A stretch of DNA of 64,000 nt from Octopus vulgaris (Eukaryota): contig OX597824.1 of the NCBI GenBank assembly GCA_951406725.2, forward strand, positions 4,464,001-4,528,000, given 5' to 3'. Positions 11,163 through 23,949 of this stretch are shown piece by piece (positions within the stretch are counted from its first letter, which is position 1; every line of letters starts with the position of its first letter). The translations under genes and the position numbers were made by a program. The notes below the pieces were generated by a model, which worked only from the letters and a program-made list of their open reading frames with translations, was not told where the DNA came from and made no database searches.

Positions 11163-12912
11163 CATAAGTATATGTGTTTTAGCACGTGTGCATGTACATA
11201 TAACAGTTGTTCTCAGTATTTGTAAGTGTGCGCATATTTGTGTGTTAGTATGTGTATGTTAGTGCATAAAGTGTGTAGATTTAAACAGTGATGTACTAAC
11301 AGTGGAAAAGACAGATCAGCAGTAATCAATGAATGGAACGTATTGCCAGAGAGAGAGGGAGATGTCTCTGGTGGTAGGCACCATGGCAGACACAACAGCA
11401 CACACTGGGAATTTCTCATTAGGCTGAATCTATGACCTGGTTTCTCATCTCTACAATGAAGTCTGTTCATTGATATGAAGAATATTTTATGGACAGATAT
11501 CAGTGTCACAACATGCTCTCTTCTCCTCCTTTCTTTATATATTTTGTATGTTACTCTTATGCAAGATCTATTTTAGTATAGAACTATATTGTTCTTGAAG
11601 TGGAACAAAGCTCTGCTGCTGTTGTTGTTGTTGTTGTTGTTAAGCAACAAGACGGGTAAGGGTGATTAGGTGATGGTCTAGGCTTAGAAGCGGGAGACCC
11701 CAGACCTTGGAAGAAAAAAAACTTTGGTCGTCTTGTTGTAGTTGAGGGCTCATCGTTGACACCCGAGGTGGCCTTCGAAGTCACTGGAAATAGAGATCTC
11801 CAGGTCCAAATTCTTGGACGGCTGCTGTAGTTGTTGTTGTTATTGTTGTTGTTGCTGCTGATGCTGTGGTGGTGGTGGTTTAGCCCCAGGTCTGCCCAAA
11901 TCAAGCAGACCTTTAGCCATGTTTACTCATCAACAACCCTAAACACCACTTTCTCATTTCCTCACTTTCAGATGAAAGACAAAGGCCCTGAAACCTCAGG
12001 TTCTTTACTCTGCACAGCAAAGAAACTTACTGAACTTTTCCATAAACCCACCTACAGTACATAGCAAGGTGCTTGTTATTGTTAGTCCCCAGGTCAGTCA
12101 TGATAGAATGTACTCAAGCAATAACCATTCCATCTTTTAGATTTTCTCTTAGGCAGTGTATATCCAGAACCACATTGTCCAGTTGATCGTTCTTCTTTTA
12201 ACTTGGTAAAGTGTGATTTGAGAGAGGTTTTGCTTCTACTTCTAAAAAGTCAATCAACTGTAGAATGATTCCATTATTGACCATTCAACTATATTCTCTA
12301 CACAGATCCATTGTACCTGATATGCAATGCTTCTGCTAGTAAAGGACCATGTTGTGCACTTTGACGAAAAGTAGTTGAGGTGACCGTATGTGGTGCCACG
12401 TGACAAACTGGACATGTTGCATTTTTAGCTATTCAAAAACTTCTATTTAGTCATTTGACTTGCTAGAAATAGCAACCAAATCTCCAGCAAAAGCACCATG
12501 CTTAAAAAGAGAAGACAATCTAGCTGATGCAATTCCTAGATAAGCCACAAAAGAAAAGAAAAACCAGAAAAAAAAGACATAGCTGCAATTGGAACACGGT
12601 TTAAATGAGGCATTTTTTGCTAGAAGTACTTGTGCATCTGTACATCTTTATGCGTATCTCGGCAGATATTTACATATGTGCACACGTGTGAGCCTGCATG
12701 ATATTCCAAGGTTTAAGTGTTAAATTGTTTGGAATGTCTCACATATTTGGACTTTCTCATTGAAAGATTGAGTCTGTACAATGCAAATCAGTTTTGAAAG
12801 ATCACTAAGTAAACATCTTGTCACATGGTCTCACGCATCAACAGCTGAGAGATCCAACAAGAGACTACAATCGGAACGCAAGAGTCGCATGTTGTATGTT
12901 TATTTGCTGTAG

Positions 12913-13104
12913 ATATCCTCATCCACTCCAAAACTTTCTAAAAGGTATTGACATCTACAAAAGAACTGATCGCTTCAAAAGAGCAGATCACTACAAGAAA
13001 GGAGATTTCCACAATAGTGAATGCATAATACATCATCCACAGAACAATTACGGTTTCTTATATTGGCATAAAGTTCTGCTAGATCAAATTGCATGAAACC
13101 TTAG
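12913..13104 (+). other. Candidate exon (192 nt) of an unknown transcript
   Basis: Acceptor tatgtttatttgctgtAG and donor AG|GTAAGT. One frame is open until TGA at 13094-13096 and contains an 18-nt periodic repeat. Confidence 0.35.
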
Positions 13105-13169
13105 GTAAGTGGGGGGTTTTTACCATACACATATATATGTATATATATATATATATGTATATGTGTGTG

Positions 13170-13390
13170 TATGTCTGTGTGTCTGTGTTTCCCCCCCCCC
13201 CCAACATCACTTGACAACCGATGCTGGTGTGTTCACATCCCCATAACTTAGTGGTTCGGCAAAAGAGACTGATAGAATAAGTACTAGGCTTACAAAGAAT
13301 AAGTCCTGGGGTCAATTTGCTCAACTAAAGGTGGTGCTCTAGCATGGCCACAGTCAAATGACTGAAACAAGTAAAAGAGTAAAAGAGAAT
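13170..13390 (+). mobile_element. SINE family 1, 3' half
   Basis: Matches 4310-4508. Confidence 0.88.
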
Positions 13391-14302
13391 AAAGTTGGGT
13401 TAGTAAATATTTTGTGAGTTGAATTAGGGATGACAAAGAGAAGAAAAGGGAAAAAAAGTATATTCATTGAGTTTCCTCCAAATAGTAATTATTCTAATTA
13501 TTGATGAAATACATCTCTTCATAAAATAATATTTAATTCATATGTTACAAGTTATATCATGCTGAGGATTTCTAAAAGAATGAAATAGTGCTAGACATGA
13601 TTACCACCAGCTATAAATTGTAACCACTTCATAATGTACTCAAACTGGACATGTTGCATTTTTAGGTAAACAAAAGGAAAAAAATTAAATAGGCATCATT
13701 TAACTTGAATTTCCTTAATTTCAAATTTGAATTTCTAATCTCACCTCATGTTGTGAGAGAATGATTATCTCTCTTGTAATAGTTGCCATCACCATGGAAA
13801 TCACATGTATGTATAAATATATACATATATGTATACATATCTATCTATCTATTTATCTGTCTGTCTGTCTATCTTTCTATCACAGTGAGAAAGATAATAT
13901 CATATTACTCTTAATATTATAAAGCCACCCATTTTGATTGGTTCATTTGATTCTTACTGACAAATTCCCTTTTCCCCCTTTTTTTTGGGACCCTTTTACC
14001 ATTTCTCTTTTACTCCTTTTGTATGCTTTCTACTTTACTTCCTTTCTTTCACTGAAAACAAAGAGGATAACATATCTATTACACACCTTAATCTTTCTAT
14101 ACATATAGACCCAAAAATCCGACCACAAAGCAAAAGAGGAAAAAGCCAATAACATCCCTATCAGCTGGAATCTTTTTGAAACTGCAAACCCAGATATTCC
14201 TACAGACCAAAAAGTAGCTACTTATATCTGCCTAATGCAACACTTACAGATATTAAGCAAAACAGCCAGAAATGTGATGTCTTAGACACATGATTGAATG
14301 AA

Positions 14303-14341
<39 letters not shown>

Positions 14342-14403
14342 AGAGTTCACGAAAAAAACAAAAGATGAAGACAGGTGGTGTATGAAACAAACAGATGTAT
14401 TAG

Positions 14404-14435
<32 letters not shown>

Positions 14436-14451
14436 TAAATATATATACATA

Positions 14452-16410
14452 TCATCATCATCATCATCCTAATCATCAACGTTAAACGTCTGTTTTCCAT
14501 GCTGGCATGGGTTGGATGACTTGACAGGAACTGGCAAGATCAGTAGCCACACCAAGTCTCATAGTCTGCCCTTGGCTTGGTTTCTACAGCTGGATGCTCT
14601 TCCTAATGCTGGATGTTTTCCCTGTAGCATCATCATCAGTGCATTTTACATAGCACCAACACCAATATTTTTTATGTGGCACATTGCTTTTAGGATTGCA
14701 CTCCTATTGTGGTGGGTGGATCTTCTTGAGTACAGCGATGCACCATTTATCTCAGTCCTCAGTTATTTCCTTTGTAAGGCTCAGTGTTTTGAAATCAGTC
14801 TTCAATACTTCATCCCGAGTCTTCCTGGGTCTCTCTCTTCTACAACTTCCTGGGTCATCCTCTTCCACAACTTCCTTCCACTTTAAGTGATCAACACTTC
14901 TTAATGCAACTGTCCTCATCCATCTGCATCTCATGACCACACCAGTGCAGTCTCCTCTCTTGCACACTGCATATAATTCCTCTTATGCTCAATTTCTCTT
15001 TCAATACATCGGTGCTTTGTTACACATGAATACTGACATCACACATCCAGTGGAACATACCAGCTTCATTGCTCGCCAGCCTTCACCTGTCCTCTGCATT
15101 CAGGGCCCAGATCTCATTACCCTGCAGCATCGCAGTCCATACACATGCGTCATGCAATTTTCCCTTCACTGGAAGAGACAGAAAGAGAGAGACCTTCAGC
15201 TGCCAACAGAGGCAAAAGTTCTCTAAAATTTCTTCATCCTATTCTTCTTCTAGCAATTACACTTTCTTTACAACCTCCTCTACTGCTAATTAGGTCACCT
15301 ACATACCAGAAATTATCTACAACTTCCCGGGAGCCACCAGAACATTTCAGGAAATCAGTTCCCTATGCATCTATGATCTTAATAGCTTCTATACATCTTC
15401 CACATGCTAATGCTACTTTCTCTGTTAACCTTCCTACTTTTACACTGCTCCTCTTGTGTGTCCATATCTTACATTGGGTGAACCTAAAGAAATTTTTGCC
15501 TACACCCTTCCTACTTATCAAGCAGTGCCATTTACTGGTCGGGTGACGAGTCCTGTCTGATTTCTTGCCTACTACGACCTTGGTTTTTTCTAAGTTTACT
15601 TTAAGACTTTTGGATTCCTGGCTCTGTTTCCATACCTGGAATTTCTGTTACAGATTCTGCTACAAGGGCAAAATCATCAGCAAACAGGAGTTCCCATGGG
15701 CTTCCAGTTTTGAATTCCTCTGCTACGGCCTGAAAGATGATGATGAATAAGAGGGGGCTGAGGACCAAACTGCCTGAACCCTAAATTCATCACTGTGCTT
15801 ATGGTCAACTCTTACCTTACTAATAACCTCCACGTACATGGCCTGTACTGCTTTCACAAGCCAGTCTTCTATTCCCAGCTTCACCAGAAACATCATATCA
15901 CAGAGCAAGGTGTTCTGTCAAAGACTTTCTCGAGATCAAAAAATGCCAAGTACAATGACTTGTTCTTAGTTAAATAATTCTCTTGCAGTTGCCTGACTAT
16001 GAAAACAACATCCATGGTGTTTCTCCCCAGGCCAAAACCAAACTGTATTTTATCTCGTTTAATTCTGTTTGTAATTAATTGGGCTATAGCATTCAGTGCA
16101 ACTTTCCTCACCTGGTCTGGCAATTTGAAGCTTCTATAATAACCTCAATCTAATGCATCTCTCTTGCCCTTGCAGCAGCTGACTATGACACTGCTGCACC
16201 AATCACTAGGGATTATGCCTTCCCCGAACAATCTCATTAACTCTACAGGGGACTAGATTGTATCCAACTCTACCAGATATCTTAAGCATCTCAAAAGTGA
16301 CTCCTGCTAGACCAGCCCCCCCCATTTATCTTTATATCTTTAATTACCTTATCTATCATGCTGCTGTCAACTGGAATAGCTGGTCCCTCACTTGGATTCA
16401 CAAGAGGAAG
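14452..16410 (-). mobile_element. RTE-clade LINE fragment (RT domain to 3' tail), decayed
   Basis: Minus-strand pieces QFGFGLGRNTMDVVFIVRQLQENYL...LAFFDLEKVFDR, ELLFADDFAL and RERPRKT. (GAT)n tail. Confidence 0.92.
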
Positions 16411-16412
16411 GC

Positions 16413-16481
<69 letters not shown>

Positions 16482-16587
16482 TTGTGCATATGTGTATATA
16501 TATGTATGTATGTGTGTATATATATAGGCACACATATACATACATGTACATACATACATATATAAACACACACATACATATATGTAC

Positions 16588-16632
<45 letters not shown>

Positions 16633-16826
16633 TATAAACACATACATATATATATACATATAGATACACACACACATAAATATATAGAACAATAAGAATG
16701 GAGATTCAAAGAAAAAACAGCTTTTTGCCTGGTACACAGCCATAACAAAAACAATTGGTGAGGCCAGGCCATAACATCACTATCATTCTGAAACTCCAGG
16801 AATCAGAATATTGAAGAATATACAAT

Positions 16827-17252
16827 AATTAATAAAATAAGAGAAGTGAGAGACGAAAATGTTTATTCCATTTGTTCACAGTTGTTTCGTAATCTATGTT
16901 CAGTTATATTATCAATGCTAAACTGTCCAACACATGTGTAAATATACATATAAATGCAAAAATATAGATATAATTGTGCTGTGACATACTGTACAAATTA
17001 CTCATTGGAATTATATCATGACAAGTAAACATTAAACTCTATGCTCATTTGCCTTAACATGATAGTGATGAGTAATTTGTTCATTGAGTAATTTGTTACA
17101 GAACAAATATATCTATATCTATGCATCTATGAGAATATTCAGATGTGCATTGGGCAATTTAACATCAGTGATGTAACTGGACATAGATTATGAAACAGCT
17201 GTTAACAAATGGAATAAACATTACTTCTCTCACTTCTCTTATTTAATTAATT
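16827..17252. repeat. Long diverged inverted repeat (~200-bp arms); each arm has a hammerhead-like motif
   Basis: AATTAATAAAATAAGAGAAGTGAGAG...GTTTATTCCATTTGTT aligns with the reverse complement of the right arm throughout. The centre is near 17030-17045. Confidence 0.85.
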
Positions 17253-17739
17253 TCACATATATATATATATTTATTTAGAGAGAAAGCAGGGGAAGAGAGC
17301 GATGTCACACTATATGTATGTATATATAAATTTAATCGCACTCCCGTTGCAATATCCTGTCACTTATATTATGGCATTTGAACCTCAAGAGTATGCCCTG
17401 GCACTTGGCACTATCTACATCTCTATCTTCCTTTACTCAACCATCTCATTTATACTCTGATTCCTGTTCTCTGTGAGTATGCCCAGCATTTTGCCACCAT
17501 TTCCATCCTGCGGTCGCCCACTCTCTCTCTCTCTCTCTCTCCTTCTCCAGCACTTCCCTTAGTTTGGGCAACTGTGTATTTTCTTTGTGGTAGCACACCT
17601 GTTTCTGTCTTCATTCCTGATCTTTCTCTGTCCGGCCAGGTAACCTTGTACTCACTTTACAGCATGAGGCCTGTATCTGTCTCACTATAACCTTTTCATC
17701 ATCCCCTCCTCCAATGCCTCCTCCCCTCTTAAAAGTTTT

Positions 17740-18079
17740 TGTCTTGCAAGTACTTGGTGACCCTGTCAATGCAGGTGCCATTTAAAGGCACCCGGTCCAT
17801 ACTGTAAAGTGGTTAGTGTTCAGAAGAGTATCCAGCTGTAAAACCCTTGCTAAGACTGACTTCACCTGTGCTTGTACCATATTAAAGGCACTACTCACCT
17901 TGCCCATGCTGGTGCCACATAAAAAGCACTAAGTCCACTCTGCTGAGTGGTTGGTGTTAGGAAGGGCATCCAGCCATAAAAATCCTCCCTAAACAGTCAC
18001 AGAAGTCTAGTGCAGACTTCGGCCTGGCTGGCTCTTGTGGTACCGTCCCACTAATGCTAGCATGGAACATGGACATTAA

Positions 18080-18110
<31 letters not shown>
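17740..18110 (+). mobile_element. RTE-type 3' tail variant with a doubled GTGGTTGG..GGAAGGGCATCC block
   Basis: Same structure as 49467-49782. (GAT)n terminus, with a pyrimidine-rich upstream region also seen before 39440. Confidence 0.75.
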
Positions 18111-19611
18111 CACACACACACACACAGAGAAAGTTACTGCTTACATAGGTAGGTCAGGTGAGTTCATCACATTTGCATTTTCTATGAATGGATGTCCACC
18201 ATAACACCAACCGTTTTAGAGATTATTCTGGCATCAGAAAGGTATCAAGTCCTCAATACGAATAAAGGGCCCTAAAGTGTCTCTGCTCACCTGACAGCCT
18301 CTTTGCAGAGTGAAAAACATGAAAGGCAGTGATGAGAGGGATGTGTGATAAAGGATGATGTTGTGACAGGAGTAATCAGTAGTCTGAAATAGGTGTGCGT
18401 ATCCAAGGCAACACAATGTGACTGAGATGGTAGATGTGATGACAGAGGCCTATAAGTGATGACAGCAAGATAGAACAATGACATATGTTAACACACACAT
18501 ATGCACCTATCTTTCCTGGTCATAAAATGCTCCTTCAAAACAGCTTCCTCCCAGCCTATGCCCGCATGGAAAAAAAACAGGTGTTAATATATTGGCATAG
18601 ATTTGGCAGAGGCTATTTCAAAGCAGAGTCTTAAGGCTGGATGCCCTTCCTATTGCAAGTATTTACCTATTTTTCAGTTGAGGGATCTTAATTTTTATTC
18701 CACTGGCCTTCAAAAATGCAGAGCAATGGGTCGTAGTGTCAACAAGGAATGTAAACATCATGTCACCATTTCATGTTTTCAGGTTCAATTCTACTGTATG
18801 TTACCGTGGACTCGTATCTCCTACTTTAGCCCCAGGTCAGCTGATGCTTTGCGAGTGAATTCGGTAGAAGAAAACTGCAAAGAAGCCTGGTGTGCTTGTG
18901 CATGAGTGAATGTATGTATGTATGTATGTTATGTATGCATGTATGTTATGTATGTTATGTATGTATGTATATATGTATGTATATATTTGTATGTATACAT
19001 ATATGTGTGTGTGTCTGTGTGTATATAAACATGGGAATATTTGTCTCCCACCACTTAGCAATCAGCGAAGGCCTTAGACTGACACAAGTAAAAATAAAAA
19101 TTATATACATACATACATATGTATGTATACATGCATATACAAATAAACGACTACTGTGAAGGTACACTGAGCACTTTAGTGTTTTACACCCAAAAAAAAC
19201 AAAAACAATCAACACCACTTGTTACAGTGTATGTGGGGGTGGGGTGGTAGACAGGATGGAGGTGGAGCATGAGATAAAGGTAAGGATAGGAAGAAAAGAT
19301 AAAGGAAAAGAAAGATATCTTTAATAATTGATGCTGTCATAAAATTCAATTAGCATATCGGACATATACTAATGGAAGATCAGTTTACATAGCAGCAGAA
19401 ACAACTACAGCAGCAGAAACAATTGGTATCAGCCACAACATCAGCTACTACAGCAGCAGTAACAACAACAACTACTACTACTACTACTACTTATACTATT
19501 TCTACTATTATGATAACAAGAATAATACCACCATTAAAAAAAAAACAACACTTATGCCAGTAAAACAAAAGCAGTGATAAAAACTACTACGGCTACTACT
19601 ACTACTACTAC

Positions 19612-19646
<35 letters not shown>

Positions 19647-19769
19647 TTAGTAATACTATTTTTACAACAACAATAGCAAATACACTAATGACAATATTTA
19701 TACTAAAACAATAATTATCATGACAACAACTACATGAAGAAAATACATAACAACAACAACAAGAGTAAT

Positions 19770-19952
19770 ATTGTTTCTAATGTAGGCACAAGGACACAAT
19801 TTTGAGGGGAGGGAGGGGATTAGTTGATAGTTTTGATTCCAGCATTTGTAAGGCACTTTATTTCAATGACCTGGCGCCAGAGGGAGGAAAAACAAACCAG
19901 GCTCTTACAAGATTTGAACTCACGACTAGGAAGACCCAGAAGACATACTACA

Positions 19953-19991
<39 letters not shown>

Positions 19992-20180
19992 CCGAATTTT
20001 TACCACAAGGGCAGCTTGGAAGAGGGGATTAAGTCAATTGCATCGACCCCAGTGTGTAGATGGTACTTATTTAATTGACCCCCAAAGGGTTGAAAAGCAA
20101 AGTCAACCCCAGCAGAATTTGCACTCAGAATGTAGTGGCAGAGGAAATACTGGTAAGCATTTTGCCCACCATGCTAAGAT
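19770..20180 (-). mobile_element. Degenerate SINE family 2 remnants
   Basis: CATCGACCCCAGTG...GGTACTTATTTAATTGACCCC.AAAGG.TGAAAAGCAAAGTCAACC matches the reverse complement of 61670-61745. Confidence 0.65.
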
Positions 20181-20199
20181 GATAACAATAATAGTAATG

Positions 20200-20715
20200 A
20201 ATGCCCTGATGCAGTACCAGGCAGTGGCTCTCATGGCTTCTGATCTTAACTGATTGGAAGTGTTATCATGTACATTGTTTTGTCTTGGTATAAAAGATGG
20301 GCAAATACAGCAAATATTCTGCTCAATACAACAGATTTGCTTGTCAGTTGTTTGACCTTAACCAGTTGAGCATGTCCGTTAGTGGCTGACGATATGTGCA
20401 TCTCTGATCACGAGCAGAAGTAGTGGGGGAGCATCATAGCCGTGTGTTGAGAGGGATTCTTTGGGGTTTGAATAATTCACCACTGGAAACGTGGGTGTTT
20501 CATTCAACGTCCTTAAACAACCCTTATTCAAAGATCCTTTGAGTTGGATGGGCAACTCAACCTGAAAAAAATTCTAACTGGACCACAGCTGCAAAGTCAT
20601 GCACTGTTCATCAGGATATGAGATCACCATGTCATGCACATATGGTCGTGATGCATATGCCTGGTGCACTCTTGTCAGACAGGTAGTCATGACGAGTATA
20701 TAAGGCTTTATATAT
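20200..20715. repeat. Probable interspersed repeat, family unassigned
   Basis: A higher-GC block starting sharply after an AAT tract. It resembles a cephalopod repeat I recall, but only one copy is present in the window. Confidence 0.3.
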
Positions 20716-21766
20716 TTGTAGGCAATTAGATAAAATTCCATTCTCAAGTTGCCATGAACTTACCTTTTGTTCAACAGCATTCAGTAACTGTCAAATATTT
20801 CATAGAATTTCAGTGCAGTATTCAGATACACTCAAGGGAAAAACATGTAATAGACTGGCATTTTATTGGATCAGGAATATAGCCATGAAGTACTAAATAC
20901 TATGGAAGCTATATTGAGCTGCAGCTTGATTACGATGACAGGTAATGTACATAAGAATTGACTGTGCCCAGCCTTACCAATCACCTACCATTGATACATG
21001 CAAGATGAGTACAAAGAATAGACTGAACTAACAAAAAGAATGACCCATGCCACCTCCTCTTGATCCCAGCCGGAGATACTATTTATGATCTTCACTTGTC
21101 TAAAACTGATTTCTTTTGATTAAGCATATTTTGTGACTTACTGTAGGAGAAATGTACAGTCAGTATACTCCCAACCCTGGAGGAATAAAATGAAAAATCA
21201 GATACCACAGAATTTGATCCAAGAAAATATATAGAGACAACATTAAATGATGTAAATCAAGTTGATCCGTCTCTCAACTTCAACAAAATTACTATCTCTG
21301 AAAGTTCTTTCAGTCTACTTTTTCAATGACTAAAACTAGATCCTGACACTTCAAAAGAACTTTTATAATTATAGCTACTTCTCTAAACTTCAATCAGAAT
21401 CTGGCATATTAGACAATCAGCTTTTGTGGCAAAATAAATAAACAAATGTTAATCATTTCATGAAGCACAGTAATTCATTTCTGGGAACTTACGTGATAAA
21501 TAAAGGCAACAAAATGGTAATGCTGTGAGAGTATTGGTTAGAATGTTTTGTAGCATTTGCTGTAACTTTCTGTCCTCTGTGTTCATATTCCACCAAACCC
21601 AGTTTTACCTTTTATCCTTCCAAATTAGATAAATGACTTAGCAATCTATGGTGAAAGATTGGCAGAACTTTTAGGGAGTTGCAGTCAACAGTATCAGCTT
21701 TGGTAAAACCGAGACACAGTTACCTTGAGTTGATAAGTGCTTCCACTAGAAATATTTAACCACCTT

Positions 21767-22096
21767 ATTCTTATATTTGTTTCAGTCATTTGACTGTGGC
21801 CATGCTGGAGTACCGCCTTTAGTCAAAGAAATCTACCCAAGGACTTATTCTTTGTAAGCCTAGTATTTACAGGGACACTACAACATCGGTTGTCAAGTGA
21901 TGGTGGTGGGACAAACACACACACAAACATATATCATCATGTAATGACCATTGTCCATGCAGGCATGGGTTGGATGGTTTGACCAGGGCTGGCACACTGG
22001 AAGTTCTGCACCAGACCCCAGTCTGATATGGCATGGTTTTCTACAGCTGGATGCCCTTCTTAACGCCAACCACTCTGAGAGAGTAATGGGTGCTTT

Positions 22097-22133
<37 letters not shown>

Positions 22134-22303
22134 GACAGGCTTCTTTCAATTTCCATCTACCAAATTCACTCACAAGGCTTTGGTAGGCCTGAGGCAATGC
22201 AGTGGGACTGAACCTGGAACCATGTGGTAGGTCACGCAGTAGGACTGAACCTGGAACCACTTGGTTGAGAAGCAAGCTTCTTACCACACAGCCATGCCTG
22301 CAT
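21767..22303 (-). mobile_element. SINE family 1 with a nested RTE tail (~21934-22098) and a duplicated head segment
   Basis: The SINE tail and head are separated by CATCAT...CTACAGCTGGATGCCC. GGACTGAACCTGGAACCA occurs twice. Confidence 0.82.
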
Positions 22304-22440
22304 CTTAGAAATTAATTGTTAAGATTACAATATAAATGACAGACATTATAATAACTAATTTGAGACAGAAAACAGTAATTTCCACCAACAGAACTCACTA
22401 ACCATATTGATCAAATTACAATTACAGTGGTGACATACTG

Positions 22441-22837
22441 AAATGTATGACCAACAGTATAGTTATGTGTGTGTGTTGTGTGTGTACTTTAGTCTGTTGT
22501 AAAATCTAATTGAAAGGGTTAGTGATTGCCACACAACTAAAAAGTATAACAGATTATAGGATGAGACAAAGTAGTAGGAGAAATATCATTGGAGCACACA
22601 CAGCCTGACTGTCAATGGTTTAAACCTATGGTAAGAAAGCCACAATCATGCTGGAAGAAGTTAATGAAATCACTGCACTTACTATTCATGTCACACAGAT
22701 ATGTAATGGTATTAAGAAATGAATAGGTACAGTACATTAAAACTGGTGGATTGAGAGAACTTGTAAAATTAATGAAGTCTCTTGACTTTTGATAGAAGAT
22801 GTCAAATAAATTTCTCAGATGTGATTGGGAGGAAAAG
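22441..22837 (+). repeat. Near-identical inverted duplicate of 25614-25999
   Basis: Base-by-base reverse-complement match over ~390 bp with only a few substitutions and small indels. Confidence 0.95.
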
Positions 22838-23949
22838 TACAGTAATATTAGTATCAGCTAGCAAGTATAAATAAACAGTATCAGCTTTGGTAAAACCGAG
22901 ACACAGTTACCTTGAGTTGATAAGTGCTTCCACCAGCACTCCACTTGATATGGAGAAATATTTAACCAACTTATTCTTATATTTGTTTCATTCATTTGAC
23001 TGTGGCCACAAAGTACAGTAATATTAGTCAGCTAGCAAGTAATAAATACATGCTTTGAGTGCCATCGGTGGTTCTGGTATTCTTTTTTGCCACACATTGG
23101 TGCCTCTTACATAACCTGAGTTGCTATATTGTTGAACAGACCAAAAGGAAATATTTCTCTTTACTCTACAAATATTAATCAGTTACAAGAATCATATTCA
23201 GAAAACCCTGGTGGAATCAGGTGTAGTAAGACAATAGGATTTGGTGACATGCCCTGGGAGTAAAATGAAATGCCATCAATGCATAAGATTTTAAAGCTTG
23301 AATTTATCTACAGCTAAAAGCAAACACCTGAGCTGTTTATGTGATGTGAATAGAGGGAATAACTAATATTTTGAGTAGAGTCCTTCAAAAGATCATATTT
23401 TCTCTCCTCCTGGCATTCTTTAATACATTTTGCTACCAACTGTTAACTTGTAGAACTATGTTGTTAGTTTTCTGATAATCGAGATAAGATAAAATTCAGA
23501 TTCTGATTAGGTTCTCCTATTTTACTGAAATTTTCTTTTACCTATGATGTGATTGTATTCTCTCACCTGATATTCATCTAATTAATCAGTTTCTTCTTCA
23601 CAATGACTAAATTACTGAACTGTTCATGCTTCCTCTTTTCAAAGTAGGTGAGGCTCCAATCAAAGGTCGACTAAATTTTCTATATAATTTTAACCTTTTA
23701 TCTTAGAAGGTCATCAAGAGTTAATTCCTTCAGGAGCCTCAAAGAAACATAAGGTTGGAGTTAAATTCTTGTATCTGTATTGCTAAGTAAGATAAGAGAT
23801 GAATCTTCCTCTTAATAGAATATAAGGTTTTTATGGACCAGTGAGGAAGTATCAATGTAATTGCTTGACCTGTTCAATTAATATCCAAATCTCCTTTAAA
23901 CCACACCCTACCACCTTAAAAAGATGTGATAATTAGTCAACCTGATCAG

